Positions 42,448 through 56,097 are shown, counted from the stretch's first letter. The stretch: DNA of 64,000 nt from Octopus vulgaris (GCA_951406725.2 OX597814.1:3348001-3412000); one strand, 5' to 3'. Translations and numbers: made by a program. The notes: generated from the sequence alone by a model not told the origin.

Positions 42448-44210
42448 GTATGTATGTATGTATACAGTGAGAGAGAGAGAAGTGCGCACACAGATTATAT
42501 ATAAGTGCGCAGATTTTGTGTGTGTGAACGTACCTGTGAGTGTGTGGTTGTACTTACGCATGTGTACACATTTGCGTGTGTGTGTGTACATATGTATGTA
42601 AACGCGTGTTTGTATGCTTATATGTAAGCACATTTGTGCGTGTAGGCTGTCTATGTGGGCATGCACGGATTCGAGTTGTGAAATCCGCTGCCCTAACAGA
42701 GAGCAACATAAAGAGGTGAGACCCAGGGCTCGGAAGCTAGAGCCATCAATTGATATAAGCACAAACGCAGTTAAACAGATTTATGGAGGACACCTGAAGG
42801 CGGCTGGAAATGTAATTAGTCTAAAATATTGTAACAATGTTATTTTAGTCGAGATCCAAACGAACAGTAACTAGTAAGACCTATCACTAAATATGTCATA
42901 ACCAAGTTGTAGATAGAAAATAAGGCATGAACACCACATGTGTTCATCAGACCTGCTGCCTTGCACACTTCTGCTGGATCGCCCATTTAATTATTTATTT
43001 TTTTGATTTAATTACTGAATGTCAAACGAATGATTCCGATTCAGCTTCACTAATCTGTGGTGATACACGATGGGAAGATGGCGGCATCAGTTGAGCACCG
43101 GAGAAGAAATACTCCATTTCGTTGTCTTTCCTTTCATTTTAAGTTCAAATCCCAACTGTCAAATTTAACTTACATCTTTATAAGAATCGGTGACATAAGC
43201 AGGAGGAGTTGTTTAACGATGGTTGAGCTCCATCTTAAATATTTTGTATGTAGGACCAACATTGCCTATTGTACCCTTCCTTTTTGCGACGGTAGGCTAT
43301 GATTTTATACACTTGGTTGCTACTTCTAGCAGGTAAAGTGTCCTTACTCAGGCTTCATGGAGTAAAATTGAACAAGCTGACTATTCTAACCCACTTCAGA
43401 AAATGTGTGAAAATTTGTAATAATGTTAATAATAATTCAATTCGTGTTGTACCCGAGCGAACAGTTTTTGCAAGGGAGATAAGTATTTCGTTGTAATATT
43501 TGGCGGGATTAGAAATTAAGATTCAAGGGTGTAAGGAAAAATGTATATTGTTGTTGCTCATTGCGAAGCAGCCAGCGAAGATTCTTGACCGACATTTACA
43601 CAAACAAACACACACACACACAAATGTCTGTGTGTGTGTGTGTGTGTGTGTGTATCTGTCTGTCTGTCTGTATTATGTATGTATACACACAGAGAGATAT
43701 TAATGTTTGCGTTTAAGTATCCAAAATTTAGGGGTTGTCGCCCCTGCTTTTTTAAACCAGAATTAGAAATTTAGTTACTGATTGTTTTTCAGAAATAAAG
43801 CTATATTTAATTATAAATATAACCAAAACTAAGAATGGCACTCCAAGATTTCTATACGTAAGTACCTATGTTGATGTATACCTTCGTTATATGTGCACAT
43901 GTGGGTGTGTGTGTGTATGTGTGTGACATCTGTCATAGTTGCCGTGTTAGAATTTTAGAGTTCAAACCTCGCGGTCTAATTCCACTCATTTACTGGTGTT
44001 ACACGGCTGCCGAGGACAACTTTGCGCCAAAAAAAAATCGAGGTTAAAATTCACCTTGTTTTATACATCCGAATTTCATTATCCATTTTCATTTTCTCCC
44101 TGAATATTGAAAGAATATGCCTCGGCTAATCTTTCCTGCAAGCATTAATATTCCAGTTGCCTTCCTGTTTCAATCTTACAGATATCGTCAGTGCATTTTT
44201 AAAACTTAGT

Positions 44211-44484
44211 AACAAATACATATTCGTGTGGTTGTAGAAGACAGATAACTTGAGAGTAGCTGCTATGTTCAATTCAATTAGATGTTATGTGTAGTAGCAA
44301 TGTAGTTATACAAATAGGAAGCAGGCCATTTTAGAGGTAAATATAATTGTAACGAAAATACCTATTTTCGTGGTTTTTATCTGTTTCTATAACTCCATTG
44401 TGACTACAAATAAAATCTGTTTCAACTAAATACTACTGCATCTCACAATTTATCTGATTTCTATAACTACAAAAATGTAATGTT
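44211..44484. mobile_element. Old fold-back/MITE-like element with ~105-bp imperfect inverted arms
   Basis: Left arm ...gtggttgtagaagacagataacttgagag...agatgttatgtgtagtagcaatgtagttatacaaatag aligns with the right-arm reverse complement ...gtagttatagaaatcagataaattgtgag...agattttatttgtagtcacaatggagttatagaaacag. Confidence 0.65.
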
Positions 44485-44509
44485 CTCCGCTAAGTTTAAA
44501 AGTCAAAAA

Positions 44510-44553
44510 TGCACTGACGAAATACGTTAGATCGAAACATGCATGTAACTGTA
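44510..44553 (+). ncRNA. Decayed minimal type I hammerhead ribozyme-like motif
   Basis: CTGACGA (44514-44520), GAAA (44534-44537), palindromic stem III acatgcatgt, then A. Stems I and II pair poorly. Confidence 0.4.
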
Positions 44554-44729
44554 GTATTACGGAATATAATATCGATTAAAAATACTAATATTTTCAGGTT
44601 TGCTTTTCCAGATTTCCTTAGAATGCAATTTTCTTCATTGAATCTATAAAATAAGGGACAATGAACACATGTATATATGTCCGTGTCTAATATATATACC
44701 CGTGCATATCAATGTACATATCCATATAA

Positions 44730-44776
<47 letters not shown>

Positions 44777-44959
44777 TTGTGATATGTGTATGTATATATA
44801 TATATACGTGTGTGTGTGTGTGTACACATTCATGCACACACAAACACACACATATATATACATATATGCCTACATAATCATACAAACTATACATACATAT
44901 ACATGCATATATATATATATATGTATACACATATATATATATACCTACATATACATAAA

Positions 44960-45007
<48 letters not shown>

Positions 45008-45035
45008 ACATATACATACACACTATACATGCACA

Positions 45036-45082
<47 letters not shown>

Positions 45083-45138
45083 CTACATATACATACACAC
45101 TGTACATACATATATACACACATACATACATGCATACA

Positions 45139-45199
<61 letters not shown>

Positions 45200-45986
45200 A
45201 CGCGCGCGCGCGTGCACACACATTCACAAATGGAAAAAAACTGATAATGAGGATAGCAATTTAAACTAAGATTTTATATTCAATATTATCGTTACTCCGT
45301 TAACTCAAACCTCTGAGTAACAACAGAAAATTTTAACCACTTCCATAGTCTGTCTGTGTGTGAGCGTGCGGTGCGTGCGTGTGTGTTAGTTTTATGTATG
45401 TGAGAGTATATGATGAGAGAGACAAAAGAAGAGAAAGAGACGGTGTGCGTACGTATGTGTTAGTGTGTGTGTGTGTGCTTCTGTATATTTTGTTTGTGTT
45501 CCGTAACCATCGAAGGGCCTGACTTTCTGCTAGTTTCCCACCGATCGAAGAGATTGCTCGTAAATAAGAAAATTCTTCCCAGACAAAACCCAACACCAGC
45601 CTCTATAATCTCACTCCCAGATAACACCACTACCTATTGAAATGCTACAGAAATAATTTATAGAGAAAATAAAAAGGAAGACGTTGAAATGTTCGTTTGG
45701 AGTGCATCCTCGTTTGAGTAGCATTTTTTTTTAAACACTTTACCGTCATTCTTCGCTTTAATTGTTTCTGGAGGTAACCGATTCCTTATTTACCATATTG
45801 TTGATGTTTGAATTCGTTTAAATGATAAATGGAATAGTTTTGCCAATTATACAACGCACATTGATGCAGACACGCGCACGGCCCTCATCTATTTGGTATA
45901 ATATAAACTGCTTCAAATTTTTTATACATACACATATGTGCTGCGCGCCAGTGTATATACACATATACACACATACATACATACAT

Positions 45987-46053
<67 letters not shown>

Positions 46054-46055
<2 letters not shown>

Positions 46056-46093
46056 TTATACTTGTTTCAGTCAATTGACTGCGGCCATGCTGA

Positions 46094-46097
<4 letters not shown>
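46054..46097 (-). mobile_element. SINE family A tail fragment embedded in (TA)n
   Basis: tcttatacttgtttcagtcaattgactgcggccatgctg. Confidence 0.85.
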
Positions 46098-46158
<61 letters not shown>

Positions 46159-46439
46159 GTATACACACCCGTATATAGATATATCATCTATGTAAATATA
46201 GAGGCACACATATATATATACGTACATAATATTTGTTAAAACTTGGCGCTTTTGTGTTGTCTGTTTTTCTCTTTTACTTAAGATCATTGTGTCCAAAATA
46301 TATATATGTGCGTATATGCACACGCACGTGTTTGTGGATTTTTCTCTAAGCATATATTTGCTTGTACGTGTGTGTGTGTGTGTGTGTACACGCTTGAACG
46401 AACTTAATACTTTATTTGACCCGATAGTGGAGCAGAAGT

Positions 46440-46825
46440 AACTCCACAAGCTATTTAGTAACGATATTTCTACATTCTGAGTTCCAATCCTGCCTCCGAG
46501 GTCTAATTTAATTTTAATCTCTTCTGGGTCGATAATCTAAAACACCAGTGAAGTACTGTAATCGATGTAATCGGCTAAATCCTTCCCGAAATTTCTGGAT
46601 TTGTGCCTGAATTAGAAAATTATTACTTTTAGAATCGTTGGGGAGCCGGGTGGTTTTTTTTTTCCTGCTCTTTATATCCAGAGTTTAAGTCCCGCCAAGA
46701 TCAATTTTGCTTTCATACTTTCGGGTCGATAAAATAAAGTATCAGTCAAGTACTAGGATTAATTTATCGATTAGCCTTTTACCCCTTCAAAATTATTGGC
46801 CATATGTGTAAAATAAAAACAATTA
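46440..46825 (+). mobile_element. Two consecutive decayed SINE family B copies
   Basis: Two rounds of gagtt...gaggtc/aagatc...gggtcgataa...cagt..agtact (46475-46620 and 46675-46820). Confidence 0.7.
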
Positions 46826-46889
46826 TCATGACTAGATATGGAATAATGTTGTTGATGGTGATGGTGATGATGATGACGACGACGACAAT

Positions 46890-47070
46890 GATCTTGCTAA
46901 CCCCTGAATCGGACCCGTTTGAGCAGACTTATGATGAACCCTGACGCTTCTTTGGTCATTGTATACCCCGGGCTACAAGGTCTAGTGCATCTCTTCTTTA
47001 ATACGGGATGATGCAATTTGAGGGTTATTTGACTGCTATTTCTTGGAATCAAGTGACGACGTGGAGGTTG
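46890..47070 (+). mobile_element. Old interspersed repeat ('family D'); related pieces at ~13110-13250, 38615-38750, 56270-56410 (minus) and 56660-56850
   Basis: Shared motif atttg(g/a)ctg(c/t/a)t(a/g)tttct, preceded in several copies by agac(c/t)ta..a..aa...ccagc..t.accat. Confidence 0.5.
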
Positions 47071-47254
47071 ACGGTAAGTTTAGTAAGTAAGGAAGAGTTA
47101 AACTATCTGTGAAACCAAACCGGAATCACGTTTCCAGTCCATCCTGGGAATTATTTCCTTTCGCTTACCATAGTAAGGCAATGCATGAACGCCTCAGAAT
47201 CTTGATTTTATCTACAATTTTAAGGCGATCGTTCCAAGATACAGCTCACGAATG

Positions 47255-47502
47255 CTGCGGGTTGTCTCATCGGTGATGATTCTAGGGTTTTAAAGAGCTT
47301 CAGGCCTTTCAAAATCTGATCCAACCAGGATTGATCAAGTCCCAACTTGCATTCTCGTCTGTCCTCCTTAACGCTAACCATCCAGTGGCCTTCTCTGCTA
47401 GTTCGATGGTGGAATTTATGACCTTACCCTTTGCTAATGCCCTAATAACACCATACCTGTTCAGAGCCTTGCAGAGTGAAAGCCCCATAATCCCCGGCAG
47501 CC
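47255..47502 (-). mobile_element. HERO-like (RLE-class) non-LTR retrotransposon 3' end relic
   Basis: Minus strand translates GCRG, then after a 1-nt frameshift MGLSLCKALNRYGV...ELAEKATGWLALRR. This matches the HERO C-terminus EVGCRGFxGxSLCxAL...AEKASRWLWxRR. A UTR-like stretch ttgatcaatcctggttggatca...catcaccgatgag follows. Confidence 0.7.
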
Positions 47503-47965
47503 TTATTTAGTATTAAAGCGATTGTCAGTAAGGTTGTTGTTAAGTGTTAGTAATATTCTTTTGCGCTTTCGTTTCCCGTTTCCCGCGCATTTTTAGTACT
47601 TTCACTTTCGTTTTTAACGTCATAGTTATTGTTTAGACGGTTTTCAGTATTGACTTCCTTATATCTCGAGTTTGAGTTCAAATCCGATCGGGACACGTTA
47701 TATCTTATGGATCACGAAATCTATAATCGATCCACTGTTCGATCGATCATATTGCAATCTCTTCTTCAAATATAAGCAATTCTACTGCACCATATATAAA
47801 TATGTGTAACAAATGCTATAATGACATATACACACACACACACACATATACAATGTTACTCATATTATATTACATATAAGTATATATGATTATATATATA
47901 TATATTATTACAAATATACATTATTTATGTTATATAAGTATATACCATTGAGTGTGTGTGCGTGT

Positions 47966-48180
47966 AAGGTGACGATTTGGCACAATCGTTAGCACGCCGG
48001 ACAAAATGCTTAGCGACATTTCGTCCATCTTTACGTTCTGAATTCAAATTCCGCCGAGGTCAACTTTGCCTATCATGAATTCGGAGTCGATAAAGCAAGT
48101 ACCAGTCAAGTACTGGGGTCGATTTTAATCGAGCTGCCTCTTCCCAAAGTTCAGGCCTTGTGCCTATTATTAGAAAGGAT
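47966..48180 (+). mobile_element. SINE family B, full length; further partial copies at 48322-48440 and 48925-49070
   Basis: aaggtgacgatttggcacaatcgttagcacgccgg...ttcaaattccgccgaggtcaactttgcc...aagtaccagtcaagtactggggtcga...tagaaagga. Confidence 0.9.
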
Positions 48181-48217
48181 ATGTATGAGTGTGTACTTAC
48201 ACACACACGCACACACA

Positions 48218-48318
<101 letters not shown>

Positions 48319-49716
48319 ATGTAGGGCGACGAAGTGGTAGATCCGTTAGAGCTTCGGGGAGAATGCCTTGCCTTATTTGCTCCGGCTCTCTACATTTTGA
48401 GTTCAAATCCCACTGGGGTAAAGTTTTCCTTTCATCCACTGTGGTCGGCTCATCATCTTCCCTTCCCTTCTTCCTCCCCCTTCTCTCTTTCTGTGTGGAG
48501 GATCACCTGTACTTCGTCGTGTTATGCTGGATCGCATTGCGAATTGTGTTAAGTGCATACGTGTCTATGGAATACTCTGCCACTTACATGTTAATTCAAG
48601 GCCAGGTAATTCAGTTGATCGAACAGCTTAGCTGATCATCGCCGAAACCGATCGAGACCCTTTCCTCCTCCTCTCCAATTTTACTAGGATATGTTGAGGA
48701 CCGTTTATCGACATGTGATCACAGTTCAATTCCTACCCACGCCAATATATTTCACCGTCCACATCTCTCTAAAATAAATGAGAAATGTCGAATTAAGAGA
48801 CAGAATGATTAACTCGCAGCTGTAATGAGGCTACTATTTTATTTTGGGTGGGGGAAAATGGGACAATAGTCGAGAGACTTTTAGAAAATCCTCTTCATTT
48901 AGTGTTTAGTTAGATTTAGACAACGTTCCGGGTGAAATTCCATCAAGGTCGACTTTGCTTTTTATCCTTTCAGGATCGATAAAATTAAGTACCAGTTGAG
49001 TACTGGGATCGATGTAATTGACTTAATCCCTTCCTCAAAATTGCTGGCCTTGTGCTAAAATTTGAAATCATTATTATTATAGTCATAAAACACATTCGGT
49101 TGAGTGCCTGATTTGTATTTAGTCATCTCATTTATTCTTGCGTTGAGTTAGACTCAGATATGATCGAGAAAGGCATTACTGCCTCTCAGAAAAATACGGT
49201 AGATGTTGGGGCCCACATCCACATCCATCCTCACTGCGCACGGGGCACTAAAAGGTATCGGTTGGGTTTGGCATCCTTAATCTCATCCCACAAGAAGCTT
49301 CGAGGGATGCTAGTATCATTTGGTTAAATGGAATTCAGCATCTCGGATTCGAGTATCACCTCCACAGAATTTGAACCCAAAATTCAAGGAACCGGAACAA
49401 ATATCGCGACACTTTTTTGTTTCGACGCACTTAATAAATTCTGCCATTTCACTGTCTCCCGAAAAACATGAACACCGATCGAATAAGAGCCGGATTAAAT
49501 TCTGGGATCAAATAATGGCAGAGGATCTAAAATGGGATCAAATAGTAAGCTTAACAACTGGGATCAACTTTAATCAATTCTGCTCACCACAGCCACACTC
49601 CATCAATCAATAAATGGCCGTATATCTATGGCAGAATCTTAATATTTTATGATGGTATTGATTATGTTTGGTTGAGATTCGATCCGAGCTGTTAATCACT
49701 TAACGACTGGTGACTC

Positions 49717-49752
<36 letters not shown>

Positions 49753-49803
49753 ATTATGGTTTTTGTGTTGTCGGTAGGACTATACAGCACTGCAGTAGGC
49801 CTG

Positions 49804-49865
<62 letters not shown>

Positions 49866-50011
49866 GATTGACAGATACATAGATAGATACATATATAAGT
49901 CTTCCAAATGTTTAATAATCATTTACCATACCATTAAAGGGTAATTTTTTTAATAAATTGATAGATAGATAGATAGATAGATAGAGAAACAAATACATAC
50001 ATACATAAAAT

Positions 50012-50077
<66 letters not shown>

Positions 50078-50220
50078 TAGTATATATACGTACGAATGCA
50101 TATATGTGTGTGTGTGCAACATGTATATATGTGTGTGTATAACTAAAAAAAAAATCCAAGGAAAAAATTAATGTTGGGGCCGATAGGTTCGACTAAAATT
50201 CTTTAAGACTGTGCCTCTGT

Positions 50221-50262
<42 letters not shown>

Positions 50263-50264
<2 letters not shown>

Positions 50265-50370
50265 CTGTGGCCATGCTGAGCACCGCCTTTAGTCGAGCAA
50301 ATCGACCCAAGGAATTACTCAGCTGAACCAGTATCGGTTGTCAAGGATGTTGTGGGGACAAACAGACACA

Positions 50371-50448
<78 letters not shown>

Positions 50449-50574
50449 AGGGGCTTTTTCGTCCGTCACAAATCCATCACAGGCTTTTCGGGAGTATATA
50501 GAAGATACTACAAGGTGCACACAAGAGATTAACCGGAACATGTGTTAAACAAGCTACTTACCTAGCTACTTCTG

Positions 50575-50578
<4 letters not shown>
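50263..50578 (-). mobile_element. Deletion-riddled inverted copy of the SINE A at 50631-51006
   Basis: Shares private variants with the right copy and differs mostly by small deletions. Confidence 0.8.
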
Positions 50579-50630
<52 letters not shown>

Positions 50631-50632
<2 letters not shown>

Positions 50633-50789
50633 CAAGTAGCTATGGGGTAAGTAGCTTGTTTACAAACTACATGGTTCCGGGTTCAATCTCATTGTGTGGC
50701 ACCTTGGGTAAGTATCTTCTACTATAGCCTCGGGCCGACCAAAGCCTTGTGATTGGATTTGGTAGACGGAAACTGAAAGAAGCCCGCCG

Positions 50790-50869
<80 letters not shown>

Positions 50870-51002
50870 TGTGTCTGTTTGTCCCCACAACATCACTTGT
50901 CAACCGATACTGGTTCAGCAATGAGTAATTCCTTGGGTCGATTTGCTCGACTAAAGGCGGTGCTCCAGCATGGCCACAGTCAAATGACTGAAACAAGCAA
51001 AA

Positions 51003-51006
<4 letters not shown>
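50631..51006 (+). mobile_element. SINE family A with a private internal deletion/replacement (ctggttcagcaatgagtaattcc)
   Basis: Head, CORE-like part and tail are present. The usual gtgtttacgtccccg...aagaataag body is missing. Confidence 0.9.
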
Positions 51007-51068
<62 letters not shown>

Positions 51069-51395
51069 GCACATCCATGCACACATATGTGGATATATAT
51101 CTGTGAAGAATTGTGTGTGTAGATGTATGACACAGAGGAAGGTACATATTTCTGTTCACCTTTCCAAATTCCTTAAACGCGACACCATTAATAACAATAA
51201 CACCAACAACACTATATAGCATTAGAATTAATCAATAACTAATAAAATCGAAATCAGTACAAATCGATTCCACCACTGAAGGATCACGTTTTCATCTATA
51301 TATTGTTGTTGAAGCTTCTGTTGGGTGTAGAGATATTTTATACACAGATGTAGTTTGGTCAGTACGTGTGAATGTATATATGTACATATATGTAA

Positions 51396-51606
51396 TCTTT
51401 TATTCTTTTACTTGTTTCAGTCATTTTGACTGCGGCCATGCTGGAGCACCGCCTTTAGTCGAACGAATCGACTCCAGGACGTATTCTTTGTAAGCCTAGT
51501 ACTTATTCTGTCGGTTCTCTGTTGCCGAACCGCTACGTGGCGGGGACGTAAACGCACCAACATCAGATGTCATGCGATTGTTAGGGGGACAAACACAGGC
51601 ACACAA
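51396..51606 (-). mobile_element. SINE family A 3' half
   Basis: tctttta..cttgtttcagtcattttgactgcggccatgctggagcaccgcctttagtcga...ggggacgtaaac. Confidence 0.9.
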
Positions 51607-51778
51607 ATATATACATACATACATACAAATATATATATAAAGAGAGAGAAAGAGAGAGAGTGAGAGAGAAAGAATGAGATAGAGAATGAGAGAGAGAGAC
51701 ATATCTGTCTCTCTCTATATATATACATATATAAATACATATTTTTTTATAATGCATGTATTTTCGTACATACATACA

Positions 51779-51860
<82 letters not shown>

Positions 51861-52606
51861 TGCATACACATATTATAGAATGTGGAGGTAAAGAATATGG
51901 GTGTATATAATTGCGTTATAAATGTACGTTTGTCAGGATGAATAAAATGCGTGTGGCTATGTTGTGTGTGTGTGTGTGTGTGTGTGTGTTTATTCTTTTA
52001 ATTAGCTCGGACAGTGAACTGCGGCCACGCAGGGGCATCTACTTGAATTGGGTGATCAGGAAAAAATCGACCCCACTATTTAATTTTAAGCAGAGTACTT
52101 AAAGTTACAGGAACGTAAATAAACCAACACCACCTACAAAGTAGGAGGATATGAACTAAGGCGAATATATATATATATTATATATACATCATCTCCAAAC
52201 CTTCCAATATATATATATGTGTGTGTGTGTGTGTGTATATGCATGTGTGTATTTATGATTATGTGTATATGTATATATGTGTGTGTGCGCGTATGTGTGA
52301 CACACACGACAGGTTTCTCCAGCTCTTGTTGACCAGATCCACTTGAAAGGAATTGGTCGGGCATTGTTCTATACTAGAAGACTCTTGGCTGTGGGACGCA
52401 CAGCGGGGCGGCACCTGAAACTACGGGGCTGGGAAGCGAACTTCTTAACCAATCAACCATGTCTGCACCGTACATCCATGTTCATCGATGAATATACACA
52501 TGTAAAAGATAGGTGTCTTAATGTATAACATATATATATATATTAGAGAATAACAACGCACACACACACTTATACGCACATATGTATGCATATATATATG
52601 TATATA

Positions 52607-52657
<51 letters not shown>

Positions 52658-52851
52658 GTATGTATGTATATATATATATATGTAATGACATACATATATA
52701 TGTATGTAAATACGCAAACACACACACATATATATACGTGTGTGTGTGTGTGCGTGTGTATATGTGTAGAATATATTCTGTTATTTATATTGGTAATATA
52801 TAAATATTATGTATATATATATGTAAATATATAGAGTATATATAAGTATAA

Positions 52852-52891
<40 letters not shown>

Positions 52892-53224
52892 ATATATATA
52901 GAGAGAGGGAGATAGAAAAAAGAGAGAGTGAGTGTATATACGTATACGTATAGATATATGTATATATATTTACGTTCATACATGTTTAATTTCTATATAC
53001 GGACATGTATACCTGCATACAATATATATATACATGTATTTATAATGCGTTTATAACTTTTGATATAAATGTGAATATAAGTGATATAAGTGTGTGTGTG
53101 TGTGTGTGTGTGAGTAGACTAGTGTGTATGTATTTTATTTAGATATATACATATGTGTATATAAGCAAGTTTTCTGTAAGTAGAAATCTTTATACGTATA
53201 AACATACATACACAAATATATATT

Positions 53225-53356
<132 letters not shown>

Positions 53357-53964
53357 AGCGTGTGTTTGGATATACTTAATACGTATTTCAACATAACCCC
53401 AAGTGCTTTTTGGAGCTTATCTCTCTGAACCAGTAATTACACACGTGCCGCCTAAAAGAAATAGGGGCGTTGGACAGCTCCTCCGCCCCGAATGACTCTA
53501 ATGGCCCAAATGCTAATACATGAACTGTGTATTTATGTAGAAGCTTCAGTGTATTGCTTTACCCTGGGGCGGATGATACTTTTCACACAGTGTTTCTCAT
53601 AATGAAAGACTTCCTCTTGAAACCTTAAACAGATGTAAATATGCCGTATTATTCTCTTGATTGTACGAAGAGAATATCAAGCCGTGCTTACATCTGTTTA
53701 AATTTTCACAGCGGATTGTTTCAAAAGCATTTGTAATGTCTTTAAACATTAGTTAAGCATTTCTAATGGGTTTATATGAAAATGCATTTAAGATGCACGT
53801 TTCGTAACCAGACAGATCCAGGTTCAATCCCATTGTGCATCACCTTTGACAAGAGACGACCATAATACCATGGGTTCGACTAAAACATTGTGAGTAAATT
53901 TAGTTAACGAAAACAGTATTTATGCTCAATGTATATACACACACACACACATATATATATATAT

Positions 53965-54150
53965 GAATTTTTTTGTTTTTCCTCTGTCTTCCCTTCTCGG
54001 GATCTTTCCTTTTCCTATGTTTCCGATGAAGAGCTCCGCTTGAAACGTTAAACCCTCCTTCTTCCCTTCTTTCCTGAGCGTCCAATAATACTTTATTTGT
54101 TCCACGTCCTCGCGTTGCTCTGTTTTTTTGTGTTTTCTTGTTTGGATTAA

Positions 54151-54152
<2 letters not shown>
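53965..54152 (+). mobile_element. Penelope-like terminal-repeat fragment between (TA)n runs
   Basis: Carries a minimal hammerhead motif and is flanked by TA arrays. A second copy of its end lies at 30819-30858. The Penelope assignment rests on the known association of minimal type I hammerheads with these elements. Confidence 0.6.
54019..54053 (+). ncRNA. Minimal type I hammerhead ribozyme motif (U4C variant)
   Basis: gttt-CCGATGA-a-gagc(tcc)gctt-GAAA-cg-TT-aaac: stem I gttt/aaac, stem II gagc/gctt, palindromic acgt stem III. Confidence 0.65.
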
Positions 54153-54200
<48 letters not shown>

Positions 54201-54365
54201 CTAGAGTGGACGCAAACACTATTATATGATTTATAAAAACATGTGACATGTTAATAAATATCTGTTAATATAAAATCATCCAGATTTTTGAGTACCTCAT
54301 TTCTTCTAATATATACGAGTGTATATGTGTAAGCATAGATGTGTGAGTGTGCGTTTATCGAAACC

Positions 54366-54530
54366 TTGATCAACATTCAAACTTCGGTTAAGCGATATCG
54401 CCTTCGATGAGGTGGTCATGTCGTGGAAATTGCAGACCACCACTTGGAAATAACTGCTTTATACCGAGCCATTTGTACAAAAGAAATCTGGGCGGGTTTA
54501 AACAAGCTTGGAATCAGTGAGTATGAGATT
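54366..54530 (+). mobile_element. RTE-clade LINE ORF C-terminal relic
   Basis: Translates LINIQTSVKRYRLR*GGHVVEIADHHLEITALY, matching the RTE motif RLRWxGHVxRMxDxRxPKxxLY with W mutated to a stop. Confidence 0.7.
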
Positions 54531-55590
54531 CGGAATACCTGTCCTTCGAAGTCCCATACGTCATTATCAAAAAATAAATGGGCGGGAGTATATTTTGTTC
54601 TTCTTCTTTTCCTTTTTTGCAAATAAAGATTCTGAAATAATTTTCTTTCCAAACTTTTTAATGTCTTACATTTTCACCCCTAGCATATTTCCGCACCGTT
54701 TTTGCTTTTCCTTCGAGAGACTTCAAGGAACAGCAATTTAAAGATTGCTTCCAACACGGACCATTTACGATGGAATCCTACACTTCAGGTGTACCTCAAT
54801 ACATTATGGTAAAGAATCCAACGGTTCCACACATCAAAGACCAAACCTTTATGTAGAGAAAATAGCGGCAAACCCTAAACACAGCATTATTCCTCCCTAG
54901 GGGGTAGAAATTATAAAAAAAAAAAGGAAAGAAAGAATAATCTAAAACTCCGACTGAGAATGGACTTGTGTTTGCAAAAGGGATTAGTTTGGCTTTCAAA
55001 ATTTCAACATGAAGATCCTTGGATCCTCGGGAGTTAAACCCGGTAGAAAGCACTCTTCGACGCTGAGGGTCCGCGGGTTAAACATACATATTTGTGTGTG
55101 TGTGTGTGTGTATGTGTGTGTGTGCGTGTGTGTATGTATGTGTGTGTGTGTGTATGTGTGTGTGAGTGTGTGTGTGTACAGTGTGTGAGATGGATAGAGC
55201 CAAACACACACACACACACACACACGCACACATATAAATATACACTTAGTTATATTGTTACGTTTCGGGATGGCCATTCTATTTTCCTTCTTATTTCTTT
55301 CTATTTTTCTACTAAAACAAAAATCACGCGCACACACACACACACACACACAAAGAAATCTCGAAATGTAACAATATCTGTTACAACACGATTTCACACA
55401 TCAGGAGACTTGCAAAACAAATACATAAACGCGTGTTATATATATATGCACATACACACACACATATATATGTATGTATGTATGTATGTTTGTGTATGTA
55501 TCTACCTTCGGTATTCGAGTACTATATATTTCACCTTGTATTTCAAGGTGAAAACAATAACACGGATGTGCATGCTTGTTTATGTATGTA

Positions 55591-55652
<62 letters not shown>

Positions 55653-55671
55653 TGTATGTATGTATGTATAT

Positions 55672-56097
55672 GGACGCAGGAATGGCTGTGTGGTAAGTAG
55701 CTTGCTTACCAACCACATGGTTCCGGGTTCATTCCCACAGCGTGGCACCTTCGGCAAGTGTGTTCTATTATATCCTCGGGCCGACCAAAGCATTGTGAGT
55801 GCATTTGGTAGACGGAAGCCGAAAGAAACCCCGTCGTATATATGTATATGTGTGTGTTTGCGTGTGTGTGTTTGTGTATGTGTGTGTTTGCGTGTGTGTG
55901 TGTTTGTGTGTCTGTGTTTGACATGCGATGCTGGTGTGTTTACGTCCCCGTAACCTAGGGGTTCGACAAAAAGAGATCGATAGAATAAGTACTAGGCTTG
56001 CAAAGAATAAGTCCTGGAGTCGATTTGCTCGACCAAAACGTGATGCTCCAGCATGGCTGTAGTCAAATGACTGAAACAAGTGAAAGAATAAAAGAAT
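55672..56097 (+). mobile_element. SINE family A, full length
   Basis: ggacgcaggaaTGGCTGTGTGG...GGTTCATTCCC, internal (TG)-rich run, body, and tail tccagcatggctgtagtcaaatgactgaaacaag. Confidence 0.92.

Noticed and set aside
42925-42952. Minus-strand CTGATGA plus hairpin
   Set aside because: No GAAA or stem I/III follows.
43720-43830. Possible Tc1/mariner MITE end
   Set aside because: No matching second TIR or TA duplication could be found.
54770-54812. SGVPQ RT-like motif
   Set aside because: Only five residues match, and the expected GSxLGP does not follow.
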